Origin: Thermoanaerobaculia bacterium
Lineage (GTDB): Bacteria > Acidobacteriota > Thermoanaerobaculia > Multivoradales > Multivoraceae
Assembly (NCBI GenBank): GCA_963664405.1
Contig: OY761158.1
Coordinates: forward strand, 3,744,001 to 3,808,000
Direction: 5' to 3'
DNA length: 64,000 nucleotides
This document shows, one piece after another, positions 1 to 10,766 of the stretch. The notes under the pieces were generated by a model, which was not told where the DNA came from, searched no databases, and saw only the letters and a list, made by a program, of their open reading frames with translations. How positions within the stretch are numbered: the stretch's first letter is position 1; each line of letters begins with the position of its first letter. The translations under genes were made by a program, and so were the position numbers.

Positions 1-1
1 C

Positions 2-1411
2 GAGACCGGCGAGCTACGCTTCTCCGACATTACGGACCAGGCGGGAGAGCTGTCGCAGGGCTACGGCATGGCGGTGGCGGTCGGTGACTACGACGGCGAC
101 GGCTGGCGGGATCTCTACGTCACCAACGTCGGTGCAAACCATCTGCTGCGCAACCAAGCGGGGCGCGGCTTCGAGGATGTGACCGCTGCGGCGGGTGTCG
201 AGGACGACAGTTGGAGCGTGCCGGCGGCCTTTGTCGACTTCGACCGCGACGGTGACGAAGATCTCTTCATCGGCAACTATCTAGCGCGAGATCCAGAAAA
301 GATGTCGGGCTGCGTCGACTACACGGGCGCTCCGGACTACTGCGGTCCTGAGAACTTTCATGCCCTCCCAGATCGTCTGTTCAGAAACCGCGGTGATGGC
401 AGCTTCGACGACGTGAGCGCTGAGGCCGGGTTGAAGGCGGCCTTCGGACCGGCCCTCGGTGTCGTCGCCGCCGATCTCGATGGCGACGGTTGGCTCGACC
501 TCTACGTCGCCAACGATGGCAAGCCCAACCAGTACTGGCACAATCAGGGCGACGGCAGCTTTCGTGACGAATCGCTACTGGCGGGGTGCGCGCTCAACGG
601 GGCGGGCCAAGAAGAAGCGTCGATGGGAGTCGACGCCGGCGACTTCGACGGCGATGGCGATCTGGATCTCTTCATGACCCACCTGATCAGCGAGAGCAAC
701 ACTCTCTACCGCAACGACGGTACCGGCGGCTTCGACGACATCACGGCCCGAAGCAATCTCTCCACTCCGAGTCGACTTCACACCTCCTTCGGAACCGGAT
801 GGCTGGATTACGATCTCGACGGTTGGCTCGACCTACTCGTCGTCAACGGTGCGGTGAAGAAGATCGAGTCACTGGCGAGGGCGGGAGATCCCTTTCCTTT
901 TCACGAGCGGAACCAGCTCTTTCGCAATACCGGAGACGGTCGCTTCGAGGAGATGAGTGATAGGGGGGGCGCCGCCTTCTCGTTGTCCGAGGTCAGTCGG
1001 GGAGCTGCCTTTGGCGATGTCGATAACGACGGGGACACCGACGTGCTCCTGGTCAACAACAACGGTCCCGCTCGACTCCTGATCAACCAGGTCTCGGCCT
1101 CCAGTTGGCTCGGCGTTCACCTGCTCATCGGCGAGCCGCCGCGAGACGCCCGGGGCGCCAGGGCGGTCGTCGGCGTCGCCGCCGACAGGCGGCTGTTGAG
1201 GAGGGTCAGGGTCGAGGGGAGCTTCGGCTCGGCCAGCGATCCTCGCCTTCTCTTCGGGCTGGGGTCGATGCAGGATTTCCCAGACCTGGAAGTGCACTGG
1301 CCTGACGGCTCCGCCGAGCTGTTTCGAGGTCTGGAGCCGGGTCGATACCATCTCGTGCAGAGAGGCAGTGGGTCTACGGTCGACACCGTGCCCGCGGGAG
1401 AGGAGTCGTGA
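2..1411 (+). CDS. CRTAC1-family FG-GAP repeat / ASPIC-UnbV protein (5'-partial)
   Basis: Repeated DxDGDGxxDL motifs and a C-terminal ASPIC/UnbV-like segment (GSFGSASDPRLLFGLG..VHWPDG). The frame is open back to the window start (ETGELRFSDIT...). Confidence 0.9.
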   Translation, partial: ETGELRFSDITDQAGELSQGYGMAVAVGDYDGDGWRDLYVTNVGANHLLRNQAGRGFEDVTAAAGVEDDSWSVPAAFVDFDRDGDEDLFIGNYLARDPEKMSGCVDYTGAPDYCGPENFHALPDRLFRNRGDGSFDDVSAEAGLKAAFGPALGVVAADLDGDGWLDLYVANDGKPNQYWHNQGDGSFRDESLLAGCALNGAGQEEASMGVDAGDFDGDGDLDLFMTHLISESNTLYRNDGTGGFDDITARSNLSTPSRLHTSFGTGWLDYDLDGWLDLLVVNGAVKKIESLARAGDPFPFHERNQLFRNTGDGRFEEMSDRGGAAFSLSEVSRGAAFGDVDNDGDTDVLLVNNNGPARLLINQVSASSWLGVHLLIGEPPRDARGARAVVGVAADRRLLRRVRVEGSFGSASDPRLLFGLGSMQDFPDLEVHWPDGSAELFRGLEPGRYHLVQRGSGSTVDTVPAGEES

Positions 1412-3468
1412 CTCGTTTCCGAGCCGCCCTGTTGGTGATCGGGCTCAGCACCGCCTGCACCTCTCCCGAGGCGGAAAGGACGGTTCCCGCGGCCACGAGC
1501 GCCACTGGCGCTGCCGACATTTCGAACCAGCTGGTGCCCATCCCCTGGCCCGACCTCGCCAAGGCTGAGTCCCAGGTCAAGGAACAGATCGGACCTCTGC
1601 GGACTGCTCTGGAACAGCGTCAGGCGTCGTCCAGCCCCGATCCACGCGCCTTTGCCGAGGACCACGGGCGCGTCGGTGTCGTCTTTATCGCCTACGAGTT
1701 TCTGGAGGCGGCCGAAGCCTGCTTTCGCAATGCCGGGGCCCTGGCCGAGGAGGACCCTCGCTGGCCCTACCTCCTCGGCTACCTACTCAAGATGCAGGGC
1801 CAACTCGAAGAGGCGGCGCCGCTCTTGGAGCTGGCACTCGCGCTCGAGCCCGAGAACTGGGTCACGCGGGTTCGTCTGGGAGACACTTACTTCGAGCTCG
1901 GGCGCCACGAACTGGCTCGCGACCACTACGGAGCTGTGCTCGACTCGCGCCCCGAAGAGGCTGCTGTTCATGCCGGTTTAGGTCGCATGGCGGTGGCCGA
2001 AGGTGACGACTCCGCCGCTGTGGAGCATCTGTTGCGAGCGCTGGAGATCCAGCCTGGGGCGACCAGCTTGCACTATCCTCTCGGGCAGACCTATCGGCGT
2101 CTGGGGGAGCTGGAGCAGGCTGGGGCGCATCTCGCCAAGCGGGGGGACATCACAGTGAGGATCGAAGATCCTCTGCTCGATCCGATCGCCGTTCTCGGGC
2201 GGAGTGCCCAGTTCTACCTCGATCAGGCGGGCCGGGGCATGGAGAACGGGCGTTACGACATCGCCGCCGAGAATTTCCGCCAGGCCCTGGAGTACGATCC
2301 TGAGGCTTTCCGGGCCTACCGTGGGCTCGCTTTCAGCCTCGCCGAGCTGGGTGACCGCAGCGGTGCCATGGTGGAGCTCCGGCGCGGCTTGGAGCGGGGT
2401 CGCACCGGTGGCGACAGCCAGGATCGCTGGCAGCAAGCCGAGATTCATCGTCTGCTTGGCGAGCTGTTGGTTCTCGATGGCAACGACGGCGGGGCGATCG
2501 TGGAGTTCCGACGCGCCCTTGAGCTGCGCAGTGATCGCCTGGACGCCGTTCTTCTCCTAGCCAACGCTCTGGCTCGTAGCGGCGAGCTCGACGAGGCCGT
2601 TTCTCTTTACGATCGACTCCTCGCAGCCCAGCCCGCCAATGCTGCGACGAGATTGCGGCGGGCGACGGCCCTGATCAATCTCGGGCGAGAGGCGGAGGCG
2701 CTGGTCGACTTCGAAGCGGCGGTCGCCGCCGAGCCCTCGAACGCCGAGATTCGGCTGCGTTTTGCCGAGGCGCTCGACTACCTCGGTCGCCCCGCCGAAG
2801 CTCGAGAGCAGCGGGCGCTCGCGAGGTCGGAGGGTGACGAGCTGGCGGGCGTGCTCGCCGAGGCGGACGCTCTGGTCGCGCGGGGAGGCTTCGAAGAAGC
2901 GCACTCATTGCTGCAAGAGGCGCTGGGCCGGAGTCCGGAGAGCCTCGATCTGCGCCTCCGCGTAGCTCGTCTGCAGGGTCATCTCGGGAACTACGCCGGC
3001 GCGGCTGAGATCTTCGGCAGGCTGCGCCACGAGCGGCCGCGCCTTGCGGAGCCTTGGCGGGGGGAGATCTCCGCTCTGATCCTTCTCGAGCGTTACGGTG
3101 AGGCCCGTGAGCGCTTCCGCGAGGCTCTGGAGAACTTTCCCCGAGACGCCCAACTGGCTCACGGGCTGGCCCGTCTGTTGGCGATCGCGCCCGGGGCCGG
3201 AGAGCGAAACGCCGCCCTCGCTGTCGACCTTAGTCAGCGGGTCCTGGAGGCCCGCAACGAACCCGCGACCCAGGAAACCTTGGCGATGGCCCTCGCCGAG
3301 TCGGGTAAACAGCGGGAAGCCGCGGCCCTGCAACGCCAAGTCCTGACCGCGGTCGGTGGTGGCGACGATCTCCAGCGCAGCAGGCTAGAAGCCTACGAGC
3401 GCGGCGAGGCCTGGCGGTTGAGCTCGCCGGACGAGATTCTGAGCTTGCTTCTTCCGGGGGGAGCATGA
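1408..3468 (+). CDS. Tetratricopeptide repeat protein, putative lipoprotein
   Basis: Many TPR helices; N-terminal signal with lipobox-like LSTAC; GTGA overlap with the upstream stop. Confidence 0.85.
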   Translation: MTRFRAALLVIGLSTACTSPEAERTVPAATSATGAADISNQLVPIPWPDLAKAESQVKEQIGPLRTALEQRQASSSPDPRAFAEDHGRVGVVFIAYEFLEAAEACFRNAGALAEEDPRWPYLLGYLLKMQGQLEEAAPLLELALALEPENWVTRVRLGDTYFELGRHELARDHYGAVLDSRPEEAAVHAGLGRMAVAEGDDSAAVEHLLRALEIQPGATSLHYPLGQTYRRLGELEQAGAHLAKRGDITVRIEDPLLDPIAVLGRSAQFYLDQAGRGMENGRYDIAAENFRQALEYDPEAFRAYRGLAFSLAELGDRSGAMVELRRGLERGRTGGDSQDRWQQAEIHRLLGELLVLDGNDGGAIVEFRRALELRSDRLDAVLLLANALARSGELDEAVSLYDRLLAAQPANAATRLRRATALINLGREAEALVDFEAAVAAEPSNAEIRLRFAEALDYLGRPAEAREQRALARSEGDELAGVLAEADALVARGGFEEAHSLLQEALGRSPESLDLRLRVARLQGHLGNYAGAAEIFGRLRHERPRLAEPWRGEISALILLERYGEARERFREALENFPRDAQLAHGLARLLAIAPGAGERNAALAVDLSQRVLEARNEPATQETLAMALAESGKQREAAALQRQVLTAVGGGDDLQRSRLEAYERGEAWRLSSPDEILSLLLPGGA

Positions 3469-5180
3469 GAAAGGGAGCAGCGGCTGTCGTCGCTACTCTC
3501 GTCGGCGCGGGGGCCTCGGCAGAGGCCCCGCCGATCTTCGTCGACGTTGCCAAGGAAGCTGGCATCGACTTCGTCTACTTCAACGGTATGAGCGGCGCTT
3601 ACTACATGCCGGAGATGGTCGGAGGTGGTGGAGCCCTCTTCGACTACGACAACGACGGCGACCTCGACGTCTACCTGGTCCAGGGGAGCTTGCTAGTCAA
3701 GGATTCTTCGTCAAAGGGCTCGACGGCCGCGGAGACCGGAGAGCTCGGCGACCGTCTGTTTCGCAATGAGCTCATCAGCGAGACCGGCAGCGGGGTTCTT
3801 CGTTTCACCGACGTGAGTGAGGAGGCGGGCCTCGGCGCCGGCGGCTATGGCCTCGGCATCGCCACGGCGGATTTCGACAACGACGGCTGGCGGGATGTGT
3901 ACGTGACAGGCTTCGGCTCCAATCGCCTGTTGCGCAATCGCGGGAACGGATCGTTCGAGAACGTCACCGAGGCGAGTGGCACGAACGACTCGCGTTGGAG
4001 CGTGCCAGCTCTCTTTTTCGACTACGATCGCGACGGTTGGCTCGATCTCTTTGTCGGCAACTACGTGGACTACTCGCTGGAATCTTCCAAGACCTGCAGG
4101 AGCTTGTCGGGAGTGCCAGACTACTGCGGCCCGCTCTCCTATGAGGCCGCGTCGGACCGACTGTTGCGAAACCGGGGCGACGGCACCTTCGAAGAGGTCA
4201 CTGCGAAGGCCGGTCTGCTTGCCGCCCGCGGTGGGGCCCTGGGCGCCGTCGCCGGAGACTTTGATTCCGACGGCTGGCCGGATCTGTACGTTGCCAATGA
4301 CGGTCTGCCGAACCAGATGTGGATCAATCAGGGCGACGGGAAGTTTCTCGACGAGGCGCTGCTCGCCGGCACCTCGGTCAACATGATGGGCCGTCCCGAG
4401 GCGAGCATGGGTGTCGCCCTCGGCGACTTCGACGACGATGGTGACGAGGACCTGTTCCTCACCCATCTTCGCGCCGAGACCAATACTCTCTACCGCAACG
4501 GCGGCGATGGATTCTTCGAAGATGCGACCACCGCAACCGGGCTGGGCGCGGCGAGTTGGACCTTCACCGCCTTCGGCACCGCCTTTGTGGACTACGACAA
4601 TGACGGGCTTCTCGACCTCTTCGTCGCCAACGGAGCGGTTCATGTGCCGGATGGCCCGGTCGAAGAAGGCCGCGTCTTTCCGCTTGATGAGCGCAACCAA
4701 CTGTTCCGCAACCTCGGCGGCGGCAGATTCGCCGACGTCAGCGCTTCAGTAGGTCCGGTGATGTCGCTGTCGGAGGTGAGTCGAGCGGTTGTCCCGGGTG
4801 ATATCGACAACGATGGGGATGCTGATCTCCTGGTGATCAACAACTCCGGCCCGACGCGACTGCTCTTGAACCAGATCGGTTCGCAGAAGCAGTGGATCGG
4901 CGTCCGCGCTGTCGAAGGCGATCCGCCCAGGGACAGCCTCGGCGCCCGCGTCGGCGTCCGCCTGGCGAGTGGCGCGATGCGCTGGCGTTGGATTCGAACC
5001 GCCGGCAGCTACGCCGCCTCGGCGGACCCGAGAGCGCTGATCGGGCTGGGAGACGTCGAACGGGTGGACGAGGTCGTGGTGGTGTGGCCGGATGGCACCG
5101 GGGAACGGTGGCCGGCGACTTTGGGCCGTTACACCACCCTTCTTCGGCGAACCGGCGAAGCCTGGCGGGAGAGCCGGTGA
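3465..5180 (+). CDS. CRTAC1-family FG-GAP repeat / ASPIC-UnbV protein
   Basis: Signal peptide, FDYDNDGDLD repeats, DYCGP motif, ASPIC C-terminus; ATGA overlap. Confidence 0.9.
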   Translation: MRKGAAAVVATLVGAGASAEAPPIFVDVAKEAGIDFVYFNGMSGAYYMPEMVGGGGALFDYDNDGDLDVYLVQGSLLVKDSSSKGSTAAETGELGDRLFRNELISETGSGVLRFTDVSEEAGLGAGGYGLGIATADFDNDGWRDVYVTGFGSNRLLRNRGNGSFENVTEASGTNDSRWSVPALFFDYDRDGWLDLFVGNYVDYSLESSKTCRSLSGVPDYCGPLSYEAASDRLLRNRGDGTFEEVTAKAGLLAARGGALGAVAGDFDSDGWPDLYVANDGLPNQMWINQGDGKFLDEALLAGTSVNMMGRPEASMGVALGDFDDDGDEDLFLTHLRAETNTLYRNGGDGFFEDATTATGLGAASWTFTAFGTAFVDYDNDGLLDLFVANGAVHVPDGPVEEGRVFPLDERNQLFRNLGGGRFADVSASVGPVMSLSEVSRAVVPGDIDNDGDADLLVINNSGPTRLLLNQIGSQKQWIGVRAVEGDPPRDSLGARVGVRLASGAMRWRWIRTAGSYAASADPRALIGLGDVERVDEVVVVWPDGTGERWPATLGRYTTLLRRTGEAWRESR

Positions 5181-6714
5181 GGAAGACGATCCTCTTCATC
5201 GTGTTTGCCACGAGCACTGCCGCGAGAGGCCAGGTGGCGATTCCTCATCCCGATCTGACACCCGTCGATCCCGCTGTGCGATCTCAGATCGAGGAGATAC
5301 GTGATCGCTACGAGATCCTTAGTGTGGATCGTCCCGAGAGCGCCGAAGTGAGAGGCGCGCTGCGTCTTCTAGGCGAGCACTACCTCGCCTACGGCTTTTA
5401 CGCCGCCGCCGAGGTCAGCCTCTCCAACCTCGCCCTGAAGGTCCACGACGATGCAAGAGCGCTCTATCTGCTGGCCTATATTCGCGAGTACAGGGGCAAG
5501 ACCGAGGAGGCAGTCGCCACCTTCGCCGACGTCATCCGGATCGAGCCCGACAACGCCCCGGCCTATCTGCGTCGCGGCAGGCTCCTGCTCGAGTTGGGTG
5601 AAAGCCTTCCCGAGGCCGAGGCATCGTTCGTAGCGGCCCTGGAGGCGGATCCGGCATGCGCCGCCGCTCGCTACGGACGGGGTGAGGTCGCCCGCCTGCG
5701 CAGCGAGTGGCCCGTGGCCGTCGATCATTACCGAGCCGCGCTGGAGATGGCTCCCGACTCCGACCAGATCCGCTACGCTCTCGGCATCGCCCTGCGGCAG
5801 TCGGGGCGCATCGAGGAGGCCAGGACCCAGCTCCAGCAGATAACGGCTAGGGTGACGGCGGGATCGGCAACGTGGGAGGGATGCGCCGATCCCGTCCTTG
5901 CCGACATCGGCCGATTAGCAACCGGTGTGGCCGTTCACCTCACCCGCGGAGCTCTTGCCTATTTCGACGGCGATCTCGCGACCGAGGTCGAAGAGTACGG
6001 CAAAGCCGTCGAGGCCGACAAGAGCGACGCCGAGGCACGCAAACGACACGCTTCGGCTCTTCTTCGCTCGGGTCGCTTGGACGAAGCGGTCGCCGAATAC
6101 GAAGAGGCCCAACGTCTCGATCCGCTAGACGCGATCCCCTTTTTCGATCTCGCCGAGATTCGGCGCTCGCAAGGCCGTCTCGACGAAGCAGAAGACCTCT
6201 ACCGAGCTGCCCTCGAGCGCAATCCGCAGCTCGATCGGGCCCTCCTTCAGCTCGGTGCGATCGCCTTGACCGAGGGGAGGCCGCTGGTGCAGAGGAGCTC
6301 TTTCGGCAAGCGCTGAAGGTCGATCCGCTGCAAGGAACGGCCCGGGCCCAGTTGGCGATGGTGCTGTTTCAGACCAATCGGCGCGACGAGGGGCTGGTCG
6401 AGCTGCGGCGGACCTTGGCAGAAACGCCGCCGAAGAGCCCGGATGAGCTGGCCCAGCTCGCGACGCTGCTCCTCCTGATGGGAGATGTTGACAACGGCGT
6501 TTCCCATCTCGAGAGCGTTCTCGACAGCGATGCCTTGCCGCGGACGCGGGCCCAGGCACACTCCTGGATCGGAATGGTCCAACTCGGCCGTGATGAGCTG
6601 GACGCAGCGGTGACCAGCTTCGAGAGCGCGCTCTCACTGGACCCCGATCTCATCGATGCCCGCACCCGCCTCGAAGAGGCGAAACAGAAACTGAAGGATC
6701 GCTCCAACCTGTAG
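5177..6714 (+). pseudogene. TPR protein split by a single-base frameshift (pseudogene or sequencing error)
   Basis: GTG at 5177 overlaps the upstream TGA. TPR coding runs in the 4892..6316 frame to LTEG, then continues as EAAGAEELFRQALKVDP in the 5872..6714 frame. One extra G in the G4 run at 6274-6277 restores the frame. Confidence 0.8.
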
Positions 6715-6723
6715 CAGCGCGTT

Positions 6724-8025
6724 CTACTCGAGATACTTCAACATCTCGCGCGCGGCGTCGGCGTTGGGATCGTCCGGTGCCAGGGCGAGGAACTTCTCGA
6801 GGTGCTCCTTGGCCTTGGCGCTCTCCTCAGAGTTGGAGTAGGCGAGGCCGAGGTGGTAGTGGGCGCTGGCATTTTCCGGCACCAGCTCGATCACTCTCTC
6901 GAGGTCGATGGCGGCGCCCGCGATGTCGCCGGCATTGAATTTCGTCACGCCGGACTCGGAAAAGGTCTTAGCCAGGGCCGCCGGGTCGACCTCGGCCAGC
7001 GCGTCGAAGGCCGCCTGGCTCTTCACCTGGTCGCCAAGACCCCTGTAGGCTTCGTAGCGCACACGGAGGGCTCGTGCGTTGCCGGGGTTTGCAGCCAGAA
7101 AACTCTCCGCTTGCGGCGCCGCTTCCGACCACTTCTCCTGCCTGGCGTAGACGAGCATCAGTGCCTCGACCGCCGGCATGAAGCCGGGCTCGACCTCCAG
7201 AGCTTCGAGGAAACGTTTCTCGCCAGAGGCCAGGTCACCCTCTCTAGTGGCGTCTGCGCCTTCGTTGTAGAGCAGGGTCGCTGTGTCGGCGTCCTGACCG
7301 AGGTCAGCGAGGCGTTTCAGGGTCTTCTCCGCTTCATTGGCGTTGCCGAGACCGCTGTGGGCCTCGTAGAGGAGGCGAAGGCCGCGGGGGCTGTCCGGGG
7401 CGAGCTTGGCGAAGGTCTGCGCCGAGCTCAGTGCATTTTCGAAGTCACCGCTGTCGAGGTAAGCCGTGGCAAGTGCGGAATGAACCGCCACCATCTTCGG
7501 GTCCAAGCTCCCGGCTTCGAGGAATTTGGCTTTGGCGGTGGCGAAATCCTTCGCCTCAAGAGCGTTGACTCCCTCGTTGAAGGCGGTCTCGGCCGGGGTG
7601 AAGACCGTTCTGCCCGGGTCTCCGCCGCTGTCTTCTTCGCTGGCAGTGGTGGTACTGGTGGCGCCGCTTGAACCGCTGCTTCGAGTCACCGCTGTCAGAG
7701 CTATAGTGCTGAAGCTCGTTTCTCCCAGCTTCGGCTTGACATCCGCCGTCACCGGCGAGTAGCCATCGGCTTCGACGGCAAACTGGTAGACAAAGACCGC
7801 GCTGGGGACCATGATCATGGCCTTCCCCCTCTTGTTCGTGGTCTTCTCGAGTTTGAAGTTACCTCTCTTGGCGGTGGTGACAGTCACCACTGCGCCATCG
7901 ACGCCGTTGCCATCGGCGTCGGTGACGGTGAGGGAGATGCGCGCCGGCTGTGCCGACAACGGCGATGAGAAGACTCCGACTAGAACGAGGGCGAATGGGA
8001 CGGCAAGGCGTGCCTGCCACTTCAT
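6724..8025 (-). CDS. Secreted TPR protein with N-terminal carboxypeptidase-regulatory-like domain
   Basis: Signal peptide, VTDADGNGVDGAVVTV beta-sandwich motif, Ser/Thr linker, TPRs. Confidence 0.85.
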   Translation of the reverse strand: MKWQARLAVPFALVLVGVFSSPLSAQPARISLTVTDADGNGVDGAVVTVTTAKRGNFKLEKTTNKRGKAMIMVPSAVFVYQFAVEADGYSPVTADVKPKLGETSFSTIALTAVTRSSGSSGATSTTTASEEDSGGDPGRTVFTPAETAFNEGVNALEAKDFATAKAKFLEAGSLDPKMVAVHSALATAYLDSGDFENALSSAQTFAKLAPDSPRGLRLLYEAHSGLGNANEAEKTLKRLADLGQDADTATLLYNEGADATREGDLASGEKRFLEALEVEPGFMPAVEALMLVYARQEKWSEAAPQAESFLAANPGNARALRVRYEAYRGLGDQVKSQAAFDALAEVDPAALAKTFSESGVTKFNAGDIAGAAIDLERVIELVPENASAHYHLGLAYSNSEESAKAKEHLEKFLALAPDDPNADAAREMLKYLE

Positions 8026-8049
8026 ACGGTGCTCCTTCCTCGCTCCATT

Positions 8050-8475
8050 CTAACAAGCAGCGATGCGGAGCTCGAAGCGCTTCGACTCTCCTAGCGGTTC
8101 CGGGCGATCGATCCGAAACATGTAGCAGCCATAGGTACTGTTCCGAGCATGGATGAGACACACGCGTGAGTCGTCGAGAAGGTTCGAGATCACCTCTTCC
8201 ACTACGCGCCCACCGACGAGCTCCGCATCTTCGATCTCGGCATCCTCGTTGTAGGCACGGAGAACGACTTCGCTTCGCGGGAGCTCATCGGGGTAGCCCT
8301 GGTCCGCAAGATGGGGCGTACATTCCCGTTCATGGATGAAGATCGGTCCGACCTCGGAGTAGGGGGTGTCGCTCTCGAACGGCGAGTAGGAGAGCAGGAT
8401 CACTCCTTCTCCCGGATCGCTGAGTTTTAGGCAGACCCGGCACTGATGTCGGTCAGTGTCATGGCGGACCTGCAA
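8050..8475 (-). CDS. DUF1203-family protein, probably 5'-truncated
   Basis: CRVCL, YSPF..PYSEVGPIFIH..C and IHARN..YGCY motifs. Homologue-like sequence (KDAYGHEL) continues upstream of the TTG, but there is no ATG before an in-frame stop. Confidence 0.75.
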   Translation of the reverse strand: MQVRHDTDRHQCRVCLKLSDPGEGVILLSYSPFESDTPYSEVGPIFIHERECTPHLADQGYPDELPRSEVVLRAYNEDAEIEDAELVGGRVVEEVISNLLDDSRVCLIHARNSTYGCYMFRIDRPEPLGESKRFELRIAAC

Positions 8476-8822
8476 TTCGTGCCCATATGCGTCTTTCCTG
8501 AGGTGGCGAGTCTGCCTAGTGTCGTGTCTTCATAGTCCGCCAACATTACGCTCTCGAGCTCGCACGTGCTGGCCGTTTTCGGACCTCACTGTCGGACTCG
8601 GATCACGGTCCGTATCACCTCAGCGAATCGACACCGCCGGGCCGTCACGCTCTGGTCAAGGTTGCCGCACTGTTGAAACTCGAGGAGGTTTCGATCTGTC
8701 GGCTCTCCTACATCGGTCCTGATCGAAAGCGGTACGGAGTGCTGTTGGCTGAGCCTGAAACGGCCTCGAGGGTGTAGTACTGTGCCCTCCGCCGTTCACC
8801 TATATGGATTGGGGACTTTGAG

Positions 8823-10706
8823 ATGAGAACGAGGCTACTGGGCAAGCTCTGCGTCACGGTTGTAGTGGCTGCCTTTGTGCACACCGCAAGCATCCGCGAC
8901 TCCGTCGCGCAAGAGAGCAAGTACTCACCGTACGCATCGCCCGATCATCCTGTTCGCGCTTATTGGGGTGACCAGCACGTGCACTCCTCCTGGTCCGCGG
9001 ACGCCGCCACCAGCGGGACGACAGTGGGTCCCGAAGAGGCGCTTCGATTCGCGCGCGGTGAGGAAGTCACTTCGACCACGGGACAACGTGTCAAGTTGGC
9101 TCGCCCACTGGATTGGCTGGCGTTGAGCGACCACTCCGATCTGATGGGTGTCATCACAGAGGTCAAGGCCGGCAACCCCGAGCTCATGAAGGACTCGGTC
9201 CTCGAGCAATGGCGCGAGCAGATGAATGCCGGGGGCGAAGAGGCCGGAAAGGCGATGATGGACCTGGTCAGGAGGCAGTCCACCGGCACCCTTCCACCAG
9301 CGGCTTTGGACGATGGTTTGGCGCGATCGGTTTGGTCGAAGAGCACGGCCATCATGGAGCGCTACAACGAGCCAGGCCGGTTCACTGCGTTCATCGCCTT
9401 CGAATGGACTTCGAACGCTGGAGGAGGAAACAACCTTCACCGCAACGTGATCTACCGTGACGGTAAGGACAGAGCCGACCAGGTCCTTCCGATGACGACC
9501 TTCGATTCGGATAACCCGGAGGACCTGTTGAAGTGGATGGCCATGTGGGAGAAGAAGACTGGCGGGTCGCTCTTGGCAATCCCGCACAACGGCAACATCT
9601 CCAACGGCAGGATGTTCCCCTTGCACACCTTCGACGGAGAGCCGCTGACGGCTGAATGGGCGCGGGCGCGCGCCCGGTTCGAAGTGCTCTACGAAGTGAC
9701 GCAGGGCAAGGGAACCGGCGAGGCCCACCCTTCATTGGCTCCCAACGACGAGTTCGCGGATTTCGAGATCTGGGACTGGGGCAACTTGATTCTAGTGCCA
9801 AAGGAACCGGGCATGATCGAAGCCGAGTACGCCAGAGACGCCTTCAAGAACGGCCTCTGGCTCGAGGAGAAGCTGGGCGTCAATCCGTTCAAGTTCGGTC
9901 TTGTTGGAGGAACGGACGCCCACAACGGGCTGACCGCAGCAGAAGAACCCAACTTCTTCGGCAAGTTCCCCACGGAGGAGCCAAGCCCGTTGCGCTGGGA
10001 TTGGAACGCGTTCGACTTCGGCGGGCGTACGGTCAAGGGCTGGAGGCTCGGGGCATCCGGACGGACCGCCGTGTGGGCCACTGACAATACGCGCACCGCC
10101 TTGTGGGATGCCATGAAGCGCAAGGAAGTGTACGCCTCCACCGGCCCCCGCATCACCGTCCGCTTCTTTGGCGGTTTCGACTTCAGCGAAAAAGATGCAC
10201 TGACCCACGAGCCCGCGGCGGCTGGATATGCGAAGGGCGTGCCCATGGGTGGTGACTTGAAGAGTGCCCCAGCGGGCAAGACGCCGACTTTCCTGGTAGC
10301 CGCGGCAAAGGACCCGCTTGGGGGCAATCTCGACCGCATCCAGGTCATCAAGGGTTGGCTCGACGAGTCCGGCGACGTTCAGGAGAAGATCTACGACGTC
10401 GTGTGGGGCGATTCCGAATCCCGCCGAAGAGACGCGCAAGGGCGCGTGCCACCGGTAGGGAGTACGGTCGATGCCAAGCGTGCAACCTGGACCAACACCA
10501 TCGGCGATGCTCAGCTGATCGCTGTGTGGAAGGATCCCGACTTCAATCCGCGCTTGCGCGCCTTCTACTATGCCCGGGTGCTGGAAATCCCGACTCCGCG
10601 TTGGACCACGTACGATGCCGTCCGCTTCGGGATCGAACTGTCCGAAGAAGTGCCGCGGGCCCTTCAGGAAAGGGCCTACACTTCGCCGATCTGGTACACC
10701 CCGTGA
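8823..10706 (+). CDS. DUF3604-family (PHP-like) secreted metallohydrolase
   Basis: WGDQHVHSSWSAD, SDHSD, NLHRNVI, IPHNGN, GTDAH and C-terminal QERAYTSPIWYTP motifs. Confidence 0.9.
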   Translation: MRTRLLGKLCVTVVVAAFVHTASIRDSVAQESKYSPYASPDHPVRAYWGDQHVHSSWSADAATSGTTVGPEEALRFARGEEVTSTTGQRVKLARPLDWLALSDHSDLMGVITEVKAGNPELMKDSVLEQWREQMNAGGEEAGKAMMDLVRRQSTGTLPPAALDDGLARSVWSKSTAIMERYNEPGRFTAFIAFEWTSNAGGGNNLHRNVIYRDGKDRADQVLPMTTFDSDNPEDLLKWMAMWEKKTGGSLLAIPHNGNISNGRMFPLHTFDGEPLTAEWARARARFEVLYEVTQGKGTGEAHPSLAPNDEFADFEIWDWGNLILVPKEPGMIEAEYARDAFKNGLWLEEKLGVNPFKFGLVGGTDAHNGLTAAEEPNFFGKFPTEEPSPLRWDWNAFDFGGRTVKGWRLGASGRTAVWATDNTRTALWDAMKRKEVYASTGPRITVRFFGGFDFSEKDALTHEPAAAGYAKGVPMGGDLKSAPAGKTPTFLVAAAKDPLGGNLDRIQVIKGWLDESGDVQEKIYDVVWGDSESRRRDAQGRVPPVGSTVDAKRATWTNTIGDAQLIAVWKDPDFNPRLRAFYYARVLEIPTPRWTTYDAVRFGIELSEEVPRALQERAYTSPIWYTP

Positions 10707-10766
10707 GCCCGAGCGGCTGCCGCACGCAGGCAGCCCCCCGGGAAGAACCCATCACACCCTCGAAAC

